Source of the DNA: Candidatus Thorarchaeota archaeon
GTDB taxonomy: Archaea; Asgardarchaeota; Thorarchaeia; Thorarchaeales; Thorarchaeaceae
Direction: 5' to 3'
Assembly: GCA_030612365.1 (NCBI GenBank)
Contig: JAUWOA010000003.1
Span: 1 to 56,239 of the forward strand
DNA length: 56,239 bases
A program made the translations under genes and the position numbers. Every line of letters begins with the position of its first letter. The stretch's first letter is position 1. Below are positions 17,575 to 26,731 of this stretch, in pieces. The notes under the pieces were generated by a model. It saw nothing but the letters and a program-made list of their open reading frames with translations. It was not told the origin of the DNA and made no database searches.

Positions 17575-18936
17575 TTATACGCTCTGAGAGATCGCCTTAT
17601 CGAGCCGATCGATTACGTCATCTATCTCCTCGTTCGTGATGACATAGCTTGGAGTCAACCGTAGTGTGTTCAGTCCCGAACCAAGCACCCACAATTTCTG
17701 CTTTTGAACCGCATTCTTGACAACACGGTTTCTAATCTTGGGAGCTTTCTCCTTGGACTTCTTATCCTTCACGAATTCCACGCCAACCATCAGACCCATT
17801 CCGCGGACATCTCCAACGACTTCATGTTTGTCCTTGAGTTCCTTTAGTCGCTTCAACAGATAGGCACCCTTCTCAGCATTATTCTTGAGCAAATCTCCGT
17901 CCTCAATATGTTTGAGGACCCATAGCGATAGAAGCGCCATCTTGGGTTCTGCAGAGAAAGTTTCAGAATGACGAGTTGGGCCTGAGAACATCGGTGAAGG
18001 GCCAATCGATGCGCCCATCGGGTACCCCGCACCCAATGCCTTGCCCATCGACATGTAATCAGGGACAACATCATGATTCTCAATTGCGAACATCTTCCCA
18101 GTTCGGCCCATCCCCGCTTGAACCTCGTCCGATATGAAGAACCCACCGACATCTCGTGTAACCTCATACATCCCCTTTACTGCCTTCGCAGGAGGAACTA
18201 TGAGACCTCCCTCGCCGCATAGGGGCTCCATGACAGTGGCTGCGATGTCATTACCCTCCAATTGTAATGCGTACCGAAGCGCTTCAACGCACTCCAGATT
18301 ACAGTCCTCAACATTCTGACCATATGGACAACGGTAGCAGTATGGATAGAAGACTCGAATGACGTCGACACCTTGAGGATAGCCTGATTTGTGCTTGGAG
18401 TTGGAGGCTGTGAGCGCCATTGCATAGCCAGTTCGCCCATGGAAAGCAGGCCTGAAGCCTACGAACCTCTGTTTGCCTGATAGATCCATTGCAGATTTCA
18501 TGCAACCTTCGACTGCACGTCCACCTGAGGTCGTAAAGACAACTCGTCTCTTCTGATTGCCAGGTGCCATTTTACCAAGTTTCTCAGCAAGCAGAGTCTG
18601 CGGGATGCCGTCAAAGTCAGCGCCTGGAAACTCGCGCACAACATCATTAATACTGGCTTCGAAATCAAGGAGTGGTTTGTATCGCAGCCCGAAAGCCCGA
18701 ACTGCCACACCTCCGGTGACATCAAGATATTCCGTGCCCTCGATATCGTAGATTGTTGTTCCATGACCACGAGTATGGTCAAGACATCCGTAGACTTCAC
18801 GATCCTGTGTGGTGAGGGCTAAGCTCTCGGCACCACGCTTCTTCCAGTAATCGTTGGTCATTATTTCCTGCGATATGTCGTGAAACCCTAAGTCCTTGAT
18901 AATCTGAATATGCTTCTCGTCCATTACCACAACCAT
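17575..18936 (-). CDS. Class III PLP-dependent aminotransferase (GABA/ornithine-type or related racemase)
   Basis: YLDVTGGVAV, TTSGGRAVE, AFHGRT, MEPLCGEGG, FISDEVQAGMGRTG and PLP lysine in MGKALGAG. Confidence 0.93.
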   Translation of the reverse strand: MVVVMDEKHIQIIKDLGFHDISQEIMTNDYWKKRGAESLALTTQDREVYGCLDHTRGHGTTIYDIEGTEYLDVTGGVAVRAFGLRYKPLLDFEASINDVVREFPGADFDGIPQTLLAEKLGKMAPGNQKRRVVFTTSGGRAVEGCMKSAMDLSGKQRFVGFRPAFHGRTGYAMALTASNSKHKSGYPQGVDVIRVFYPYCYRCPYGQNVEDCNLECVEALRYALQLEGNDIAATVMEPLCGEGGLIVPPAKAVKGMYEVTRDVGGFFISDEVQAGMGRTGKMFAIENHDVVPDYMSMGKALGAGYPMGASIGPSPMFSGPTRHSETFSAEPKMALLSLWVLKHIEDGDLLKNNAEKGAYLLKRLKELKDKHEVVGDVRGMGLMVGVEFVKDKKSKEKAPKIRNRVVKNAVQKQKLWVLGSGLNTLRLTPSYVITNEEIDDVIDRLDKAISQSV

Positions 18937-19010
18937 CCTTGAAGCGACGGGCTAAGCCTAGCAATGCCTCATTATCTAATTTGTGATGAGGGCTAAGGAG
19001 TCCTTTGGTG

Positions 19011-19379
19011 TTACTTGCTGAACATCATCAGGAGCCCTGCAAGAAGAATCATGAATCCTGCAAGAGTGCCTATATTCGTCAGCCACGCGATGACGTCGAA
19101 CGTGAGATTGCCAACGATTATGATGATTGACAAGAATCCAAAAAGAGCAAGAAGGGCTCCGGATTTTCCCACCTTCCAAGACACAAAGCCACTAGCATCA
19201 AATGATAGGACAACCATCAGGATTAGAGCAATTCCTTGGATGAGAACAACAAGTCCGTTGATGTCACCACCTGAAAAGGTGTTGAAACCGCCAACGATCA
19301 TTTGTATTGCAAAATACGCTAGAACTATACCGCCAAGAACAGTGTATCCCTGTGCGGCGCCATCAGCCTTACAGCCCAT
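19011..19379 (-). CDS. Small Gly-rich multi-pass membrane protein
   Basis: About four hydrophobic segments; similar to 17138..17473. Confidence 0.7.
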   Translation of the reverse strand: MGCKADGAAQGYTVLGGIVLAYFAIQMIVGGFNTFSGGDINGLVVLIQGIALILMVVLSFDASGFVSWKVGKSGALLALFGFLSIIIIVGNLTFDVIAWLTNIGTLAGFMILLAGLLMMFSK

Positions 19380-19540
19380 CTCTATTATGTCTCCTTGGGG
19401 ACCAAGCCCCTTCCAGAAACTGCTATGATATCAGTACATAAACCGTTTGGATGAGTGCTGGATGTATTCCTCCCTGTAATACATAGGATTGTATTGCTGA
19501 TGTTCCAAGCTCGTATGACGTCGATATTAATTCGTAAGAG

Positions 19541-20413
19541 GTGGTCACTACGAGATATCCCACATACGAGGGAAACAAGAGTACTGAAAGACCCGTCCGA
19601 CTTGACAAGACTGAAGGGCATGTAGTCATAGAAGGGAGAGCGTATCCAGCCCGAGAGCTTGTAGAAGCACTCGCTCAGAGCGGATACACAGAGCTTCGAT
19701 CGGTTGGTGATGCTTTGGTGCTAGGTCGCCACCGGATCACGCCCATCTTCAAATCTGCAAAGGATAGAGCTATGGCATCCCTCTGTCATGGAAGCTTGGC
19801 TTTCTGCTGCCCGCTGTCAAAACGATGTGCTGAGAGAGATAGAGCTCTGGAAGTCCTAGGTCTCACCGTAGAAGAATATGAGAACCTGAAAGGCGATGCT
19901 CATTGCAGATTCATAGACGCTGCCAGAGGCCTTACATCGGCGGATGAGGAGCGCCCCCACAATGTTCGAGGCGCTACTGCAAACAGACCAGCAGTCGACA
20001 GAGGATACGGGTCGGATGACTATCGAAGAGACTTTGACAGGCGTGATAGCGCACGCCATCGAAGCGATGTTGAGTCTGCTTCAAGACGGGACTACGGATC
20101 CTATCGGAGCTCTAGTCATTCTGATCCCTACTCAGACCTGACCACAGCAATTCCATACTCTGAAAGCTGTCGCAAGGACAATCTGATGGATGAAATGCGT
20201 TCTAGTTCCTGTGACGTTTCAACCCAGTCTTCGTGTGGACGCAGAACAGATGAGGCGGTAGAAGGACTGGGTGCGTTGTTCATGCAGGGGGAACTAAGCC
20301 CATTCAATGATGATGCTAGAGATGACAGCTCGTCTCCTAGCTTCTGTTTCTCTTGCGGTCGAACGATAAGATTGGGAATCAAGGCTTGTCCCTATTGTGG
20401 AGCGACTCAGTGA
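19541..20413 (+). CDS. Protein with methanogenesis-marker-9-like Cys motif, Arg/Asp/Ser low-complexity linker and C-terminal double Zn ribbon
   Basis: LCHGSLAFCCPLSKRCAERDRALEVLGLTVEEYENLK; C-terminal FCFSCG...ACPYCG. Confidence 0.6.
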   Translation: MVTTRYPTYEGNKSTERPVRLDKTEGHVVIEGRAYPARELVEALAQSGYTELRSVGDALVLGRHRITPIFKSAKDRAMASLCHGSLAFCCPLSKRCAERDRALEVLGLTVEEYENLKGDAHCRFIDAARGLTSADEERPHNVRGATANRPAVDRGYGSDDYRRDFDRRDSARHRSDVESASRRDYGSYRSSSHSDPYSDLTTAIPYSESCRKDNLMDEMRSSSCDVSTQSSCGRRTDEAVEGLGALFMQGELSPFNDDARDDSSSPSFCFSCGRTIRLGIKACPYCGATQ

Positions 20414-20425
20414 TAGAAAGGGAAT

Positions 20426-21463
20426 CTAATAGTTACCAATGGCGCTCTCACGCCGCACAGGGTAATCCTTTGGATATCCGAAGCTTGTGACAAACCGGTC
20501 AATACCGACATCTTTGCCAAGTGCTTTCAACTCACGGAGTTGCTCTATGGAGCTCACACCCCAGCGGAAGAGAGACACGATACCTCCGCGCCGGGAGAAC
20601 TCCTTCACGAAATACATGCTTTCGACCAAGTCAGTGTATTCGGCTGTTCCGGGCGCTGGAATCACGGGGGACCACGGAAACAGGTTAATCATAAGACCGC
20701 CTGTTATCTCTCTTATCTTGGTGTAGTCATAACCGTAAGCCTTCTTGGCACCCTCAGTAAGCCCGCTCTCTGGATCAACCAGAACCTCAACAGAGATTCT
20801 TAGGGGTTTGAAACGGCTCCCCTCGTCCCCAATGAGACTATCTGCTGCGCTCTGTAAAACGCGAAGTCCTTGGAGTACCTTTTCAGTTCGCCATTCATGC
20901 CACTTATCATGGTAGTCTGGATTCTCTGTGAGATATCCATGAGTAAGCCGTGCAGGCTCTTGGTCCACAAGAGGTGCGAATTCCTTCCGACACCTGTCGC
21001 AGAAACAGAACTCATCTCTGATGAAACCTACACCAAAGAGGAGGATTTCGTCTATTGGATAAGCCCCGAGTTCCTTTACGATTTCTGCACCATACTCCCA
21101 GAACTCTTCACGATTCGGGCATATCTGATGTGGCATCGACTGGCCACTGGCAGTCATGGTCTGGTACTTCGGATCACGTGCAAACCACGCATCGGTGTAA
21201 AGGTCCATGCTCACAGCAGTGTGTATTTCCAGAGCTTCAGAAAGGGTGACCCATTCATCGAAAAATTCTGCGTACCCCTCCTCAACAGGTGCAGTCTTGC
21301 TCGGAAACTTCACGTGTCCGTTGGGCTCTTTGCCGACAATGCCAACCTCCCTCATATATGAGGCGTAAGTCGACATGAAGTCTCTTGCTGAAACATCTAT
21401 GTCTTCAGCTCTGAATAGTATCAGCGCCTTTTGCATGAGGAATTCTCTGATGTTTTGTTTCAT
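20426..21463 (-). CDS. Glycoside-hydrolase-like TIM-barrel protein (GHL10/GH42-like)
   Basis: ICPNREEFWEY...IVKEL...IDEILL followed by the Cys cluster FCFCDRCRKEF...WHEWR; no signal peptide. Confidence 0.6.
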   Translation of the reverse strand: MKQNIREFLMQKALILFRAEDIDVSARDFMSTYASYMREVGIVGKEPNGHVKFPSKTAPVEEGYAEFFDEWVTLSEALEIHTAVSMDLYTDAWFARDPKYQTMTASGQSMPHQICPNREEFWEYGAEIVKELGAYPIDEILLFGVGFIRDEFCFCDRCRKEFAPLVDQEPARLTHGYLTENPDYHDKWHEWRTEKVLQGLRVLQSAADSLIGDEGSRFKPLRISVEVLVDPESGLTEGAKKAYGYDYTKIREITGGLMINLFPWSPVIPAPGTAEYTDLVESMYFVKEFSRRGGIVSLFRWGVSSIEQLRELKALGKDVGIDRFVTSFGYPKDYPVRRESAIGNY

Positions 21464-21636
21464 GCTAGTATACCCCGTCAGTGATGCTCCAGATTTCTAT
21501 TGTCGGTTCCTCACTCTAGCGGTGGTCCAAGCTCGCTATAAGAATTTCCTAGAGGGACTATCAACGCGTGTGTTATTATATCCTCACTTCTCGACCGATA
21601 TTTCATATGACTGCAACAGCTCCTGTCGAATTATCA

Positions 21637-24447
21637 TCAAAAGAACTGGTCAAGGGTCGTGAATCCTAGAAGCTCCTCGAAATCGATACCCACCGAATCA
21701 AGTACCTGCCCGAAGACTGATCTCAGCGTGTCAGTGTATTTGTCCTTATCCAGCCAGTAGCTCTTTTCCTTTGCAAGCTCAATCGGCAATACGCCTCCAT
21801 TGCCCTTAGTCTTAATGTACTCAATTATTGTACCAGGTGAAACATCATGTCCAGCATCGTTGAGCATCTTGGCTGCGCGAACATGCTGAGGTGTTGTCTT
21901 CCCGTATTGATCGAGCTTCTTGGTCAACTGGACACGGAATGCCAGGTCTTCTGGAGTGAAGGAATCGGTTTTGCCCTCCAACCGGTCAATGGCAGTGTTT
22001 ACAATCTCACGGATCTCATCTTTTGCTGCTTCAAATCCTTCGAGATTGTCCACCTTGCTAAGTACTGTCAGCATCTCTTGAAACGCGGCCTGGATGAATC
22101 GAGGCGTGTTTCTCTTCTTGCCGCTTAAGCCTTTCACTTCAACGTATCCTGTGGAGTAGACGCCAATGTAGTTTTTCTTAAGTTCAGAAAGAGCGACGTA
22201 CTTGTAGGTTTTCTCCACTTCCAAGTCGATTCCAAGCGCCTCCTGAGACCACTTCACAAGCTCATCTTGCTGTTCCTTGGATGGATTATCCAGAAACACG
22301 GAGTCTGTATCCCCATATAGTACTCTTACACCCATAGACTCAGCTTTTTCTTTCGTTTTCATGATTGCATTTCGTCCATAGGCCGTTACGCTCTCAGCTG
22401 CCGGCATGCAAAACAGCTCAAAGTGTCGAGCCCCGGTGACACCATAAGACGCATTGAGATACACCTTGAGCGCCTTCTCAACGACGCCGTACCAAGTCCG
22501 GGTTCTCTCATCCAATGACTTATCCTTGCTCTTCGCCTTGAACCACATCACTCTGGTATCTCTGAAGAAGCCAATGATTTCACTGATCATGCCTGTACGC
22601 TTCTTGCAGGTCCAATGACCTGTTTCAGGAACTCTGTTGTCTGTCGCAACCCTGCATTCTTCGTGTGGGCAATCGACTGTTTCATAGCTGATGTTATGCT
22701 GCTTCATAATTGTCGGATACAGACTTGCAAAGTCAAGCACCGTGGCATTGAAGTGAACTCCCGCGATTGGGTCGATTACAATCGCGCCCTTGAAGGCCTT
22801 GTCCTTTATCATAGCCTCAGTGTGGGCTTCCGCAGATTTGGCAGCCTCTATGTCAGACTGTCGAGGAATCAGAGCCCCCCGAAAACGATGTTCTTGCCTG
22901 AATAGGGACTGAATCCAAGAGGAAATGCCTAGACGCGTCACATCCTCCATCGACAAGCGGGATATGCGCATCAACAAGACAATCAATCGGAGGAGTAGGT
23001 TATCATCGTATTTTGTCAGATTCAATGTTATGTTAGCGTCAAGCCAACAGTACTGTGCCAGCTCATAGTATGGAAGAGATGATATGTCAGTGGTGAGTTC
23101 GAGTTTTCCAACACCTAGAAGGCCTTTGGCAATCGTGTCCAAGTTAGCCCTATCATAAGCACCTGACATAGCATAGATTCTGATGGAGGGGTTCTTGAGG
23201 AACCTATAGAGATCCACGTGAATTCCGCTACGAAGGAATGCGGTGTCATTTGCACGATTCATTCTGATAGGGCAGTACGTATCCAGGTCGACCCTCAAGT
23301 GCCGCGCCCTATGATAGAGGTAGTTCAGATCGAAAGCATCTCCTACAAAAGTCAGAACAATCGGATAATCATTAATGACTTCGAATGCCTTCACAAGCAT
23401 CTCTGCTTCGTCATCAAAGTACACGATCTCGAGACCCTTTGGAAAATCATCCCTCTTCTTGCCTGTGGGATGTCCTTTTCGCCTGAGAACGAAACACCTG
23501 TTGTAACCTTCATTGTCGGAGAGACCAATTGCCGTGACCTTGTTGGGGGCCTTCGACACATCAGGCATTCTGTTCTTGACAGGAACATAAACCTCAATAT
23601 CTATGGCAATCCGCCTAATGTCAGGAACCTCGCCAAAGAACATGGGAGTATAGGTTTCGATAATTCTCTCAATACCCTCCGAACCCGGAATGGTTCTCTT
23701 GAACTCTTTCAGGGTGTTCTTATCAATCTCCGGGGGACTGGCCACAAGATTCCCATTCTCAATCTTGTAGATGAGACCAGAAACGAATTTCATATCGTAG
23801 GTGTACGTATGATGATATCGGATGTTGGCCTCCCAGGCATGATTCACTTCATCGATTCGCAAGCTCTCTCTCATCGAATCTGGGCGACCACCAATGCTGA
23901 GGGGATCATTAGCGATTACCTTGGTCATAGCGACCTGCTTGTCACTGAGCAAATTAGTGAGCTCAACTGCTTCGGTACGTATGAAACCAGGATGACGTCG
24001 AATTCCATTAATTTTCTCGACTTCCTGTTGCGACAGGTCAGTGTACATATACGGCTTGTGACCGCTATTATCAGTCCAGAAATGGATCTTCTTTGTTTCG
24101 GGGTTGTAGAGGCTAGCAATAGCCTTGTTCGTGTTTCTATCGTAGTCAATTGAAAGAAGGAACGAGGGGGGAAGATCATTTGGCATGTCACGGTAGCCAA
24201 CTTCGTGAGATTGTTTGACCTTGTCCACAGCTGCTATCTTCTTTTCTTTTCCATTATTAGGTGGAGTGGACTCAACGTTGTCTACGCGTTTAACACTTGC
24301 ATTGACGGGGGGGGTTCCGGAATGTGCGTCCTTCTTGACAATAGTATCTGACGTTACTTCTGCACTGGAATCTTCATGACCACCGAAGTAATCATCCAAA
24401 GTGGACTGATTTCCATCTTCAGGTTTCTCGTCATTCACCAAAGTCAC
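21637..24447 (-). CDS. polB1: Family B DNA polymerase, PolB1 (Dpo1-like)
   Basis: ExoI IAIDIEVY, ExoIII YCWLDA, DFASLYPT, KVYLNASYG and YGDTDS. N-terminal region resembles crenarchaeal PolB1 (DNSGHKPY, DPLSIG, WEANIRY). Confidence 0.95.
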   Translation of the reverse strand: MTLVNDEKPEDGNQSTLDDYFGGHEDSSAEVTSDTIVKKDAHSGTPPVNASVKRVDNVESTPPNNGKEKKIAAVDKVKQSHEVGYRDMPNDLPPSFLLSIDYDRNTNKAIASLYNPETKKIHFWTDNSGHKPYMYTDLSQQEVEKINGIRRHPGFIRTEAVELTNLLSDKQVAMTKVIANDPLSIGGRPDSMRESLRIDEVNHAWEANIRYHHTYTYDMKFVSGLIYKIENGNLVASPPEIDKNTLKEFKRTIPGSEGIERIIETYTPMFFGEVPDIRRIAIDIEVYVPVKNRMPDVSKAPNKVTAIGLSDNEGYNRCFVLRRKGHPTGKKRDDFPKGLEIVYFDDEAEMLVKAFEVINDYPIVLTFVGDAFDLNYLYHRARHLRVDLDTYCPIRMNRANDTAFLRSGIHVDLYRFLKNPSIRIYAMSGAYDRANLDTIAKGLLGVGKLELTTDISSLPYYELAQYCWLDANITLNLTKYDDNLLLRLIVLLMRISRLSMEDVTRLGISSWIQSLFRQEHRFRGALIPRQSDIEAAKSAEAHTEAMIKDKAFKGAIVIDPIAGVHFNATVLDFASLYPTIMKQHNISYETVDCPHEECRVATDNRVPETGHWTCKKRTGMISEIIGFFRDTRVMWFKAKSKDKSLDERTRTWYGVVEKALKVYLNASYGVTGARHFELFCMPAAESVTAYGRNAIMKTKEKAESMGVRVLYGDTDSVFLDNPSKEQQDELVKWSQEALGIDLEVEKTYKYVALSELKKNYIGVYSTGYVEVKGLSGKKRNTPRFIQAAFQEMLTVLSKVDNLEGFEAAKDEIREIVNTAIDRLEGKTDSFTPEDLAFRVQLTKKLDQYGKTTPQHVRAAKMLNDAGHDVSPGTIIEYIKTKGNGGVLPIELAKEKSYWLDKDKYTDTLRSVFGQVLDSVGIDFEELLGFTTLDQFF

Positions 24448-24546
24448 TCACCCCATAGGTTGGCTATTAAGTCCTGATAAGCACTTCCAATGAACCAGAA
24501 ATACATTCCGAGCAGTTCATATGAGAAGCCACCCTTTTGCGGGTCC

Positions 24547-24984
24547 ATGGTGCGCTCACTCACTACTGAAGCGAAACGCGTTATCTTCGCGCGCATGGAG
24601 CCAGGCGAGGACATCTTAAAGACGATTGAGGCCGTTTCTTCGGAACATGGCGTTCGAGCAGGTCAACTGACGTTGATAGGAGCAGTATCAATAGCTTGTC
24701 TGGGGTTTTTTGATAGAGAGAGCATGGAATACAAGACTTACACTGTGGACAAAGACCTTGAAGTTGTGTCATGCATGGGAAACATCGCATCCACACAAGA
24801 GGGGGGGCTCATTGTACATGCTCACATGGTTGTCGCGGATCAAGACGGTAAGTGCTATGGAGGCCATCTAATGCCGGGGTGTGAAGTTTCCGTCACAATG
24901 GAATTGATCATCACGGAACTGGACGAAGATGTTGGGCGAGCCAGAGATGAAGCGACCGGCCTGAATCTGCTCGATATCAAATAG
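24547..24984 (+). CDS. PPC/DUF296 domain protein
   Basis: RMEPGEDIL, LIGAVS, VSCMGNI and VHAHMVVADQDGKCYGGHL. Start placed at ATG 24547. Confidence 0.9.
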   Translation: MVRSLTTEAKRVIFARMEPGEDILKTIEAVSSEHGVRAGQLTLIGAVSIACLGFFDRESMEYKTYTVDKDLEVVSCMGNIASTQEGGLIVHAHMVVADQDGKCYGGHLMPGCEVSVTMELIITELDEDVGRARDEATGLNLLDIK

Positions 24985-25000
24985 AATCTTAGACTACTCA

Positions 25001-25450
25001 TTATTTCGAACCAAGCAAGTCAGTAGATGCCCGGATAATCTGGGCAACGCTATCAAGCTCATCGCGTGGAGCCATCTCTTCACGGTAGTCGTCTGGAAAT
25101 AGGAATCCGAATCTATCGCCTTCGTTTCGGGGTATCACGTGGACATGTAGATGGGGAACCTCTTGTCCCGCGCCAACCCCATTGGCAATTACATTGATTA
25201 TGCCATCTGGTTCAAATGCTGAGTGCACCTTGCGGTTCAACTCCGCTAGACGCGCACCAAGACGTTTGGCGATTTTGGCATCAACATCCAGCATGTTCAC
25301 ATAGTGCTGCTTTGGAATCAATAAGCAGTGTCCTTTGCTAATGGGAAATATGTCCATGAAGGCCATCGTGAATTTGTCTTCGAAAATGATAGATGCGGGT
25401 ATCTCACCACGAACTATCTTGCAGAAAAGGCAGGATTCATTGTCGCCCAT
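25001..25450 (-). CDS. HIT family nucleotide hydrolase
   Basis: CLFCKIVRGEIP, GHCLLIPKQH and HIT motif VPHLHVHVIPR. Start placed at ATG 25450. Confidence 0.93.
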   Translation of the reverse strand: MGDNESCLFCKIVRGEIPASIIFEDKFTMAFMDIFPISKGHCLLIPKQHYVNMLDVDAKIAKRLGARLAELNRKVHSAFEPDGIINVIANGVGAGQEVPHLHVHVIPRNEGDRFGFLFPDDYREEMAPRDELDSVAQIIRASTDLLGSK

Positions 25451-25567
25451 ATTAATCACTGATTGCGGGAGATTGAAATAAACTGTTCGAAATTCGTGTA
25501 AAGACACGCGCACAAGCCTCATTAGCGCACAGCCCATAATCTCAACTTACTTCACAGGTGGTTCCAG

Positions 25568-26728
25568 TTGAGCAGAAGAATGAAGGTATTCTTTGACCAA
25601 ACACAGAACGAACGTGGGAGACTAGACACTACATATTCTACACTTGGCAATCTGCTCACAGACAATGATTTCGATGTAGAACCATATACAGAGTTCATGA
25701 TACTAGCCAAGAATATCAAAACTGCAGAAGTGTTGGTCTTTGGATGCCCAAACAGTTCCAAGCTGCGGCCTGCAGAGATAGATGTTCTGACGAATTATGT
25801 AAAAGCTGGCGGTGGACTATTCCTGCTCTCACTGTCGGGCGGCGACCGCGGCCTAATGAATAATCTCAGCAAGCTGTCCAAGACCTTTGGCATTGAGTTC
25901 GATAATACAGCTGTAAAGGATGAGAGAAGCAATGACGGTTTGCCCACAATGCCGTTTGTCAGCAATCTCACTGCACATCCATGCACTGAAGATGCTCAAG
26001 ACCTTCTATACCCGTCTGGGTGTTCACTGAAGGTGTCAGGGAGCGCAGTGGTATTGGCTGCCACATCTGATATGGCGGACCCAGCAAATCAACCCGTAAT
26101 CGCAGCTGTCGAATACGGGAAGGGGCGAGTCATCTGCTCCGGCAGCTATGAAATATTCCGAAAAGGGGGCGGGCTAAAGCATGCAGGAAACAAGACATTC
26201 GCAATCAATGCCATAAAATGGCTCAGTGGAGATGTCAGACTAGCCAAACCAAGCAAGGTTGCCAAGGCCAAAAAAGGTACGGCCGCTGCAGAAGTGTCAC
26301 CTGCAAAGCTCGATGAGATGGAGGGCGCTCTTCGAAGGCTCGTCAATGCGGTATTTGACCTGCAGAAAGACATAGGAAAAGTAGGAGAGCAAGTCACAAG
26401 AGTCGACAGTAACGTGGAGATGCTGCGCAACCAATTCCAAGATTTTGCAGAAAAGACGCAACAGCAGTTTGGAGTAATGATACCAACCAAGCAATTCAAG
26501 ACTCTAGAAGAGAATCAAGAAGTAGATTTGCAGGCGGACATCAAGGCACTCCAGCGAGAAGTCAAGTCTATACAACAGCTGAAAGATCACATCAAACAAA
26601 GGCACTCCTCCGGAATAATGGCGGAGGAAACCTATGATGAACAAGTCAAGAAACTCGATACTCGTCTGACAAACTTGAAGAAGCATCTAAAAGGGAAGAA
26701 GAAAGAACTGAAGGAGATCGGGCAATAG
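25568..26728 (+). CDS. Signal-less GIFT (GldG/IFT52-like) domain protein with C-terminal coiled coil
   Basis: VFFDQTQNE, LVFGCPNSSKLRPAEIDVLTNYVKAGGGLFLL, NNLSKLSKTFGIEF, GKGRVICSGS, FAINAIKWL; then heptad repeats. Confidence 0.7.
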   Translation: MSRRMKVFFDQTQNERGRLDTTYSTLGNLLTDNDFDVEPYTEFMILAKNIKTAEVLVFGCPNSSKLRPAEIDVLTNYVKAGGGLFLLSLSGGDRGLMNNLSKLSKTFGIEFDNTAVKDERSNDGLPTMPFVSNLTAHPCTEDAQDLLYPSGCSLKVSGSAVVLAATSDMADPANQPVIAAVEYGKGRVICSGSYEIFRKGGGLKHAGNKTFAINAIKWLSGDVRLAKPSKVAKAKKGTAAAEVSPAKLDEMEGALRRLVNAVFDLQKDIGKVGEQVTRVDSNVEMLRNQFQDFAEKTQQQFGVMIPTKQFKTLEENQEVDLQADIKALQREVKSIQQLKDHIKQRHSSGIMAEETYDEQVKKLDTRLTNLKKHLKGKKKELKEIGQ

Positions 26729-26731
26729 TTT

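Noticed and set aside
23218-24153. 311-aa ORF antisense to polB1, and other long shadow ORFs (e.g. 29173..29724, 20870..21361, 4388..4855)
   Set aside because: They lie wholly opposite well-supported genes and have no recognisable motifs.
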